Translations under genes and position numbers: made by a program
Notes under the pieces: generated by a model
The model's input: the letters and a program-made list of their open reading frames with translations, nothing else
Database searches by the model: none
Told to the model about the DNA's origin: nothing
In this document: positions 6,426 through 13,325 of the stretch, one piece after another
How positions within the stretch are numbered: position 1 is the first letter of the stretch
Layout of the letters: every line of letters starts with the position of its first letter
Source of the DNA: Nanopusillaceae archaeon
GTDB lineage: Archaea > Nanobdellota > Nanobdellia > Nanobdellales > Nanobdellaceae
NCBI GenBank assembly: GCA_038833255.1
Contig: JAWBIX010000007.1
Span: 1 to 13,325 of the forward strand
DNA length: 13,325 nt
Direction: 5' to 3'

Positions 6426-6995
6426 TATTTTATTTATAGTTTCTTCTATATTACCGGAATTGTCTATTATAAATATTTTTTCGTCCTTTAGTAATTTTGG
6501 TAGTTTTAGATATTTTTCTCTAACTTTTCTTAAAAATTCTAAAGTTTCATAGGAAGTTTTTTCAGAGCGATCTTTGATTCTTTCTAAAGCAATTTCAACT
6601 GGGACATCTAATATAAAAACAAAATCTGGCTTTATTATATACTTATGTAAAATTTTTAACCATCTTAAATTAAAATTTTCATAATTTGATTGGTAAGAAA
6701 ACGAAGAATGATAGTACCTATCTGATATTACTATAAAATTTTGTTTTAGTCTTTCCTCAATTTCTATTTGGTGTAAATATCTATCTGCTGCAAATAAACA
6801 AGCTAAGGAAAGACCAAAATATTTTGTTTTTGGATGATCTTCCTTTATTATTGATCTTATTAACTCTTTAATTTTAGTATTAAATGGTTCTCTAGTTAAA
6901 AATACTTTATAACCTTTTTCTTCTAATTTTTTCTTTAATTCTTCCGCAACCTTTGTTTTTCCACAACCATCAATTCCTTCAATTACAATAAACAT
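6405..6995 (-). CDS. tmk: Thymidylate (dTMP) kinase
   Basis: The 196-aa protein has an N-terminal P-loop MFIVIEGIDGCGKTK, the REP segment (LTREPFNT) and the DRY motif (ISDRYYHSS). Its length is typical. Its 3' end overlaps the topoisomerase 3' end by 21 nt on the opposite strand. Confidence 0.9.
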   Translation of the reverse strand: MFIVIEGIDGCGKTKVAEELKKKLEEKGYKVFLTREPFNTKIKELIRSIIKEDHPKTKYFGLSLACLFAADRYLHQIEIEERLKQNFIVISDRYYHSSFSYQSNYENFNLRWLKILHKYIIKPDFVFILDVPVEIALERIKDRSEKTSYETLEFLRKVREKYLKLPKLLKDEKIFIIDNSGNIEETINKILSIIRL

Positions 6996-7019
6996 AGATA
7001 GTTTTATTAAAAAATACTT

Positions 7020-8888
7020 TTATATATTCAATAAAAGACCATCTCCATTATTTGGAGCATAACATTCTATACCAAATTTATTTCTTATAGAGTTTACTAA
7101 TTCAAAATATTTTGGATATTCTCCATGGACAACAAAAATTTGCTTTGGTTTTGGTTTTAAACGTCTAATAAAGTTTAAAGATTCTCTTCTATCAGCATGA
7201 CCTGAGAATCCATCAAACTTTATATATCTTAATTTTACGTCAACTTTCTCATTATCAATTATAAAAGATTTTTCCCCATTTAATATTCTTCTTCCAAGCG
7301 TACCTTCTGCTTGATATGATACAAAAGCCAGAAGATTTTTTTCATCACTTGCTAATCTTTTAAAGTATTCTATAATTGGACCACCCTGCATCATTCCGGA
7401 TGTAGCAACAACAATATATGGTTCTTTCGATTCAATTATATTATCTCTCTCTTTTGGATTTACCCTAATTATATACTCTTTATCAAAAGGATTTTCCCCT
7501 TTTAGTATTTTTTGTTTTAAATTTTCTGCAAGATACTCCGGATAAGAAGTATGGATTAATGAGGTTTCCCACAAAATACCTTCAATATAAATATTTACTT
7601 CAGGAATAGATTTATTTTCTATATTTTCAGATAATGTTAACAAAATATCTTGGGCCCTTCCAACAGATAAAACAGGTATTAAAACTTTTCCTCCATTTTC
7701 AATAGTATTTTTTATTTCTTTTACAAAATTTGCCTCTGTTTCTTCTCTACTTGGATGAAAATCATTATTTCCACCATATGTAGATTCTATTATTAAAGTT
7801 TCTAATCTTTGAAAAATAGTTTTAGGTCTATTTAAGAATTTTGACTGGAAAAATTTAAAATCTCCAGTATACAATAAATTATGTTTGTTTTCTATATTTA
7901 TATGAACCATAGCAGATCCCAAAATGTGTCCAGCATCATAAAAACATATTTTAATATCTGGAGTTATATCTGTAACTTCTTCATAACCTAGGGTAATGCT
8001 ATGTTTTATAAATTCTTTTATTTCTTTTACACCATACAAATATTCCTTTCCAGTTTTTTTGCTAACTTTTGTAAAATCTAATAAAGATAGGGCAGCAATG
8101 TCTCTTGTAGGTTCTGTTAAGTAAATAGGACCCTTCCATCCTAGTCTGAAAAGATATGGTAGAAAACCAACATGATCTAGATGAGCATGAGTTATAATTA
8201 CAGCATCAAGATCAAGAATATTAAAATCTTCTAAATTTATCAATGGATATTTATCATTTACTACATCCATTCCAATACCACAATCTATTAAAATATTGCT
8301 TTCATCAGTTTTTAATAAAAAACATGATCTTCCAACTTCTCTTCCTCCTCCTAAAACAAATAATCTATAATAACCTTTAGATTTTTCATATTTTCTTTTT
8401 ATTATTCTCTCTCCTACAGAATCTAAAAAACTAGTTCTATATTTTGAGATTTTGTGCAAATAATATCTAACAAAATCTATTATTTTTGAGGATTTTAGCG
8501 TAGATCTTTTTATTACAACGTTACATAAAGTTTTTTCTCTTATTTTATTTATTATATCTGAACTTATTTTTTCAGGTTCATAAGTGTCTATAACTATTGT
8601 GGATCTATGTTTTTCTAAAAAGATTTTTTTGATTTTTATGTTTTTTTCTTTTAATATTTCTTCGCAGATATTTATTATAGATTCTTTATCATCCAAAAGC
8701 TTGTAATTGTATCTTATTTCAATTCTTTTTTTATACTTTTGAGCTAAAGCTTTTCCTATTTCGTATCCATTTAAAAACAATTCTTTATTATTTACATAAA
8801 TTATAATCTTGGCTGCTTCAAAAACTATTTTTTCTATATCTTCCCGTTTAAATTCCTTTAGCAATTCCTCTTTTATACTATTCATCAT
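7020..8888 (-). CDS. aCPSF1: aCPSF1-type beta-CASP ribonuclease (KH-like N-terminal domains + metallo-beta-lactamase + beta-CASP; archaeal CPSF73 homolog / termination factor FttA family)
   Basis: The first roughly 175 residues of this 622-aa protein resemble the KH-type N-terminal region. LGGGREVGRSCFLL and the HxHxDH motif ITHAHLDHVG follow, and then downstream beta-CASP-like segments (VATSGMMQGGP, FSGHADRRE, VHGE). The architecture and length match aCPSF1. Confidence 0.9.
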   Translation of the reverse strand: MMNSIKEELLKEFKREDIEKIVFEAAKIIIYVNNKELFLNGYEIGKALAQKYKKRIEIRYNYKLLDDKESIINICEEILKEKNIKIKKIFLEKHRSTIVIDTYEPEKISSDIINKIREKTLCNVVIKRSTLKSSKIIDFVRYYLHKISKYRTSFLDSVGERIIKRKYEKSKGYYRLFVLGGGREVGRSCFLLKTDESNILIDCGIGMDVVNDKYPLINLEDFNILDLDAVIITHAHLDHVGFLPYLFRLGWKGPIYLTEPTRDIAALSLLDFTKVSKKTGKEYLYGVKEIKEFIKHSITLGYEEVTDITPDIKICFYDAGHILGSAMVHINIENKHNLLYTGDFKFFQSKFLNRPKTIFQRLETLIIESTYGGNNDFHPSREETEANFVKEIKNTIENGGKVLIPVLSVGRAQDILLTLSENIENKSIPEVNIYIEGILWETSLIHTSYPEYLAENLKQKILKGENPFDKEYIIRVNPKERDNIIESKEPYIVVATSGMMQGGPIIEYFKRLASDEKNLLAFVSYQAEGTLGRRILNGEKSFIIDNEKVDVKLRYIKFDGFSGHADRRESLNFIRRLKPKPKQIFVVHGEYPKYFELVNSIRNKFGIECYAPNNGDGLLLNI

Positions 8889-8895
8889 AATTTTG

Positions 8896-8925
8896 AAATT
8901 TAATCTAAAATTTAATCTTAAATTA
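8896..8925. repeat. Tandem 12-nt direct repeat (about 2.5 copies) in the psmB-aCPSF1 intergenic spacer
   Basis: AAATTTAATCT occurs at 8896-8906 and again at 8908-8918, followed by a partial copy AAATTA at 8920-8925. This was read directly from the sequence. Confidence 0.6.
8908..8918 (-). promoter_or_regulatory. TATA-like element for aCPSF1 (one copy of the tandem repeat)
   Basis: The minus strand reads AGATTAAATTT at -30..-20 relative to the ATG at 8888. A second identical copy lies at -18..-8. Confidence 0.3.
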
Positions 8926-8946
8926 TTTTATTTAAAAAATAAAAAT

Positions 8947-9585
8947 TTAAATTTTTTCAATCTTTTTTTCTATTTTTATTGTTTCTTTTTCTATTCCAGA
9001 ATCACTTACTATATATATGTCTATTCCTTCTCCACTTCCTAAATCTCTTTCTATTGCAGCTAGTATTGCTTTTTTAGCAAGCTCTTTAGCTTCTTCTTTT
9101 GTCATATTTTTCTTATATCCAGTCTCTAGTACTCCTAAAGCGTACATCATTCCAGATCCTACAGCGATAAAATCTTCATGTTTTGTTAATCCACCCAACT
9201 CATCTAACATGTATATTGAATAGTCATCTTTATTTTTTCCAGCAATAATTAACTGAGTTAGAAATGGAAAATATTTATAAGAATACATTATTCTGGCTAA
9301 TAAATTTGCTGCTTCTTCTGCAGTTACTTTTATTTTACTTCTAAGCTCTTTTAATTTTAATTCAGAGGATAATACTTTTGCCAACATTTGAGCATCAGCA
9401 ACCAAACCAGCAGTTCCTAATAATATGCTATCAGTAATTTCATATATCTTTTTAGTATTTTTATCTATAGTTAACAATGCTCCAGCAGACGCTCTTTTAT
9501 CAGAGGCTACTACAACACCATCTTTAAACTTTATAGCAACTATTGTAGTTCCAATTTTTAAGTCCATTTTTTTATTATTTTGCAT
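8947..9585 (-). CDS. psmB: Proteasome subunit beta (catalytic Thr protease precursor)
   Basis: The 212-aa protein has a short propeptide followed by G|TTIVAIKFKDGVVVASDKRAS, which gives the N-terminal nucleophile Thr after processing. It also has GSG and other typical beta-subunit motifs. Confidence 0.95.
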   Translation of the reverse strand: MQNNKKMDLKIGTTIVAIKFKDGVVVASDKRASAGALLTIDKNTKKIYEITDSILLGTAGLVADAQMLAKVLSSELKLKELRSKIKVTAEEAANLLARIMYSYKYFPFLTQLIIAGKNKDDYSIYMLDELGGLTKHEDFIAVGSGMMYALGVLETGYKKNMTKEEAKELAKKAILAAIERDLGSGEGIDIYIVSDSGIEKETIKIEKKIEKI

Positions 9586-10129
9586 ATTTGCTTATAATTT
9601 CTTTTTCAAATTCCTTTATAATATACTCCGCTTCTTCTTCAGTTTTTGCACCAGTACATACGAAATTCCCAGTGTGAAATATTAGAAAAGTAACTTTAAT
9701 GTCTCCTTTTTTGTATTTTACTATTACTCCAGGAAATTGTTCTGGATTGTACTCTGCAGTTTCTAATTCTTCTAACATTCTGTTAATATCTATATTATCG
9801 TAATCGAATTTTCCATTTACGACATAGTTTTTTGGAGATATTTCGTATTCTTTTGGAGTTTCTATTCCAATTTCCATTAAAACTTTTCTTATATATTCTA
9901 CATATTCTTTAGCTTCCTTAATACTTTTAAGTCCAGTTACTACCATTTTTCCACTATTAAACATTAAAATTGTTATCTTTTTTTGATCCTTTTCAGTTCT
10001 GAATATTAAACCCGGAAACTGTTCTGGATCATATGTAGCCTCTTCTAATTTTAAAGCAATTTTATCTAATGGTAATCTCGTTTTTAAATCAACATTTACA
10101 ACGACATTATTAGCCTCCCATTTAGCCAT
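9575..10129 (-). CDS. tbp: TATA-box binding protein
   Basis: The 184-aa protein has two imperfect direct repeats, each with the Y(D/N)PEQFPG(L/V)I signature and the F.SGK.V.TG / F.TG.FV.TGAK segments. Its stop overlaps the psmB start by 11 nt. Confidence 0.95.
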   Translation of the reverse strand: MAKWEANNVVVNVDLKTRLPLDKIALKLEEATYDPEQFPGLIFRTEKDQKKITILMFNSGKMVVTGLKSIKEAKEYVEYIRKVLMEIGIETPKEYEISPKNYVVNGKFDYDNIDINRMLEELETAEYNPEQFPGVIVKYKKGDIKVTFLIFHTGNFVCTGAKTEEEAEYIIKEFEKEIISKYAK

Positions 10130-10151
10130 TTATAAACATTAAAAAATAAAG

Positions 10152-10159
10152 TTTATAAA
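10152..10159 (-). promoter_or_regulatory. TATA box for tbp (leaderless geometry)
   Basis: The palindromic TTTATAAA lies at -30..-23 relative to the tbp ATG at 10129, within the 35-nt IleRS-tbp spacer. Confidence 0.4.
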
Positions 10160-10164
10160 TATCC

Positions 10165-13100
10165 TTACACTAACATATAAACGACAACACAATATCCTGC
10201 TACTTCTATCTTCTTAGTTTTTATATTTTCTGGAAAAGCTTGTGAAAGTTGTATGGTAGAATCTGTTTCGAGTTCTAATTTATTTTTATATTTTAAAATT
10301 ACTTTTTCTACTTTTTCATCTCCCTTTATATAGAATATGCATTTTTGAGATTTGCTCAAGCCCATTTCTTTTCTAATTTCCTGTAAATTTCTTCTAAGTT
10401 CTCTGTATATCCATTCTTCTTCTAATTCTTCATCAAAAGTTGTATCATAGGATAGAAATATTTTATTATCTTCAATATATGTTTTTCTATTACTTTTAGT
10501 GAACGAGATTTCCTTAACATTTAAAAGATCTTTATATAAGTTTACTAATTTTTTAAGAATATTATTAATCTCTATATCTTCACTATATATCTCTAATTTC
10601 TTTAAAGGTCTCCTAATATTTATGTTTATCATATTTCTCAGTCTAAGACCCATTTCTAAAACCTTTTCAAAAATTTCTTTCTCTTTTTCTATTCTTTCGT
10701 CAATATATTTTTCTTCAATGTTTGGTAAATTTTCTAATATTATGCTTTTTATCTCTATGTTAAATACTTTTTTTAAATTAAGAAATATTGCTTCACATAT
10801 ATGTGGGCATACAATAGAAAAAATGTTTATTAAATCAATCAAAACTTTATATATAACCCAAAGAACAGTTTTATAATCTTCTTTTATTCTATTTCTAGTT
10901 ACTTTAATGTAAAATCTAGATAATTCTAAAAATACTTTTTCGCAAAGCCTTCCAATTTTCCATATCTCAAAATTATCTAAACTTTCATAAATCTCTTTTT
11001 TAGTTTTTTCCAATAAATGTAACATATATCTATCTTCCCATTCTAATTTTTCTGGATTATACAGAGTTGGATTAAAATTGTAATACTTACAGTATTCTAT
11101 AAGATAATTATGGCAATTCCACAAAATATTCAGGTTATTTTGTTTTACTTTTATATCTTCCTCATTTAAAGATAAATCATGATAGGCTTCCGTTATAGAA
11201 GATAAATAATATCTTACTGTATCAATATTATATTTTTCCATTAAAGTTTTTGGATCTACTACATTTCCCAAAGATTTACTCATTTTCCTTCCTTCTTTAT
11301 CTAATACATATCCGTGAACATATACATTTTTATAAGGTATTTTTCCATAATATATTTTTCCAAGTACAGCTAAAGAATAAAACCATCCTCTAAACTGATC
11401 TAAACCTTCAACTATAAAATCTACTGGAAAAACATTTGTAGCAAATGTTGCGGATCCGGAATCGACCCAAACATCTAAAACATCTTTTACTCTTTTCATT
11501 TCTTCTCCACAAATTTCGCATTTTATAATAATATTATCTACTTCTGGAACATGTAAATCATAATTGTAAATTCTTATTAATTCATAATCTATTTTTCCAA
11601 AAGAACGAACAACATAAAATTCTTCTTCAGCATCTTTTATGATTTTTTCATCAAATTTTTGAACTAATAATATTGATTCATCCTCAAATTTATCAAAAAT
11701 TTGTCTCAATTCATTTATATTTTTTATTTCGGGTATTTCAAATATTTTATCTTTACGGAAGTATCTTTCAAGCATTCTTTTAGCATACTCGCTTTTTTTA
11801 ATTGCAATATAAATTTTTTTTGCATCTCTTTTAATTTCTTTAATATTTTTTGGTATTTTTATATGTCCATTTTTGCATTTCCAAATAGGTAAAGGAATTC
11901 CCCAATATCTTTGTCTAGAAATTACCCAATCTGGAGCAGACTTTATTACATTTTCAAAGGCTTTTTTAGCATGGTCTGGAATAAATTTTACATCTTCTAA
12001 ATCTAATAATAAAGAATCTTTAATCTTCTTTATATTTATAAACCATTGTGGAGAGGATCTTATTATTACTTTGTTTCTGCATCTCCAGCATATTGGATAA
12101 TCATGTTCATAAAATTCAAAAAATACTAAATATCTTTTATTTATTAAAAGTTTTATCCAATTAAAATCATCTACTTTTGCTTTCCAACCACTAAAAATTC
12201 CAGTATCTTTTATAGTTCCATCCTCATCAACAGTATTAAATGGTTCAACGTTATATTTTAATCCAACTTCATAATCTTCGAAACCACAACCAGGAGCGGA
12301 ATGAACCAAACCGGTACCTTCTTCAACTTTTACATATTCTTCAGATAACCAAACTTTAAATGCATTTACATTTTTTCTTTTTATTTCATCAATTTTTTCC
12401 TTTAATTCTTCGTAAAATATTGGTATATATTCAATTCCTTCCAATTCTTTACCTAATACAACTTTTAAAACTTTATAATCTATTTTAAACTTTTCTTTTA
12501 ATTTTTCTAAAAATTTTTCAGCTACTATCCAATATTCTTTCTTGTTATTTGATATTTGTAAGTTTAATTTTAATATTTTATCGTTTTCTATTTCTAAATC
12601 TTTGATATAAACTTCAGGAACCTCTATTATAGCATATTTCTCCTTTGGATTTACCATAATTCCTAAATTGTATGTTAAAGTCCATGGAGTAGTTGTCCAA
12701 ACTAGTAAATATGTATTTTCATTGTCCTTAAGTTTGAATTTTACATATATTGAAGGATCTATAGACTTTTTATACATAGCGTCAGAGTATCCCATCTCTA
12801 TTTCTTGATTTGAAAGCGGGGTTTGGCATCTAGGACACCACCAAACGGGTTTATAAGCTTCGTAAAGTAAATTATTTTCATATGCTTTGGCAATACATTC
12901 CCAAACTTTTTCTATATATTCATTTTGTATTGGCATATAAGAGTTGTCAGTATCTTGCCAATGTGCTAAATTTATATAAAAATCAATCCATTCTTTTAAG
13001 CTACCGTAAGCAAAATTTTTACATTCTTTTATAAAATTTTTTAACTCAATTTTGTTTTCTATATCTTTTTTTGTTATTTTTAATTTACTTTCTACTTTTT

Positions 13101-13325
13101 CTTCTATTGGAAGACCATGCATATCAAAACCAGCTTGTATCCAGACCCTATATCCTTTTTTAGAATAATATCTTAATATAATATCTTTTAATATTCTGTT
13201 CCAAGTATGTCCTAAATGTGGAGAACCGGTTGTATATGGGGGTCCCTCTAAAAATTTAAAATGCTTTTCAGACTCTAAATTTTTTAAAACCCATTCCTCA
13301 TATATGTTATTTTCCTTCCAATAGT
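10165..13325 (-). CDS. ileS: Isoleucyl-tRNA synthetase (class Ia, archaeal/eukaryal type), N-terminus beyond window
   Basis: The ORF track starts at the Met at 13122. The frame stays open to nt 13325 and reads YWKENNIYEEWVLKNLESEKHFKFLEGPPYTTGSPHLGHTWNRILKD...GFDMHGLPIE, so the HIGH motif (PHLGH) lies upstream of the listed Met. The CP1 editing-domain signature WTTTPWTL and KMSKS (GRKMSKSLGN) are present, together with CPRC, CWRC and CEIC cysteine pairs. Confidence 0.95.
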   Translation of the reverse strand, partial: YWKENNIYEEWVLKNLESEKHFKFLEGPPYTTGSPHLGHTWNRILKDIILRYYSKKGYRVWIQAGFDMHGLPIEEKVESKLKITKKDIENKIELKNFIKECKNFAYGSLKEWIDFYINLAHWQDTDNSYMPIQNEYIEKVWECIAKAYENNLLYEAYKPVWWCPRCQTPLSNQEIEMGYSDAMYKKSIDPSIYVKFKLKDNENTYLLVWTTTPWTLTYNLGIMVNPKEKYAIIEVPEVYIKDLEIENDKILKLNLQISNNKKEYWIVAEKFLEKLKEKFKIDYKVLKVVLGKELEGIEYIPIFYEELKEKIDEIKRKNVNAFKVWLSEEYVKVEEGTGLVHSAPGCGFEDYEVGLKYNVEPFNTVDEDGTIKDTGIFSGWKAKVDDFNWIKLLINKRYLVFFEFYEHDYPICWRCRNKVIIRSSPQWFINIKKIKDSLLLDLEDVKFIPDHAKKAFENVIKSAPDWVISRQRYWGIPLPIWKCKNGHIKIPKNIKEIKRDAKKIYIAIKKSEYAKRMLERYFRKDKIFEIPEIKNINELRQIFDKFEDESILLVQKFDEKIIKDAEEEFYVVRSFGKIDYELIRIYNYDLHVPEVDNIIIKCEICGEEMKRVKDVLDVWVDSGSATFATNVFPVDFIVEGLDQFRGWFYSLAVLGKIYYGKIPYKNVYVHGYVLDKEGRKMSKSLGNVVDPKTLMEKYNIDTVRYYLSSITEAYHDLSLNEEDIKVKQNNLNILWNCHNYLIEYCKYYNFNPTLYNPEKLEWEDRYMLHLLEKTKKEIYESLDNFEIWKIGRLCEKVFLELSRFYIKVTRNRIKEDYKTVLWVIYKVLIDLINIFSIVCPHICEAIFLNLKKVFNIEIKSIILENLPNIEEKYIDERIEKEKEIFEKVLEMGLRLRNMININIRRPLKKLEIYSEDIEINNILKKLVNLYKDLLNVKEISFTKSNRKTYIEDNKIFLSYDTTFDEELEEEWIYRELRRNLQEIRKEMGLSKSQKCIFYIKGDEKVEKVILKYKNKLELETDSTIQLSQAFPENIKTKKIEVAGYCVVVYMLV

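Noticed and set aside
8809-9685. Plus-strand ORFs 8809..9042, 9017..9223 and 9425..9685 lie opposite aCPSF1, psmB and tbp.
   Set aside because: They are shadow ORFs. The LKFNLKFNLK stretch in the first is just the translated tandem 12-nt intergenic repeat.
10499-12100. Plus-strand ORFs 10499..10876, 11701..11892 and 11873..12100 lie opposite IleRS.
   Set aside because: They are embedded antisense to a gene with HIGH/KMSKS/editing motifs, and their sequences are low-complexity F/I/S/L-rich.
1-13325. I scanned the whole window for CRISPR arrays, transposases/integrases, inverted terminal repeats, toxin-antitoxin pairs, defence genes, rRNA and inteins.
   Set aside because: I found no spaced direct repeats. 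No ORF carries recombinase, nuclease-defence or toxin motifs. The only G+C-rich structured islands are the tRNA and the adjacent sRNA candidate. All large proteins have ordinary lengths without intein-like insertions. The window is essentially saturated by housekeeping genes.

Overview
This is a very AT-rich (roughly a quarter G+C by eye), tightly packed stretch of archaeal core genome. TBP, proteasome beta subunit, aCPSF1-type beta-CASP RNase, ABCE1 and an archaeal-type IleRS make the archaeal origin unambiguous. The AT-richness, short proteins, overlapping genes and leaderless-looking promoters suggest a reduced-genome lineage such as DPANN/Nanoarchaeota; this is inference only. I support 11 protein genes. 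Ten come from the ORF track, and two of these run off the window: the PIN/PilT-like ATPase is open to nt 1 and IleRS is open to nt 13325, with its HIGH motif lying beyond the listed Met. The eleventh is a 52-aa CxxC...CxxC zinc-ribbon gene (3240..3398, minus) that the ORF track missed. There is also one tRNA-Leu(UAG) and a candidate 57-nt C/D box sRNA ending 1 nt before that tRNA. I see no CRISPR array, transposase, integrase, toxin-antitoxin or recognisable defence system, and all other listed ORFs are antisense shadows. So this is an ordinary housekeeping region, not an accessory island. The items most worth a second look are the sRNA-tRNA tandem with a TATA-like element inside the sRNA, a half-length NFACT (Rqc2/RqcH-like) protein, and the clustering of ABCE1, NFACT and an uncharacterised PIN-ATPase-KH protein. 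All family calls rest on motif recognition by eye, not on searches.
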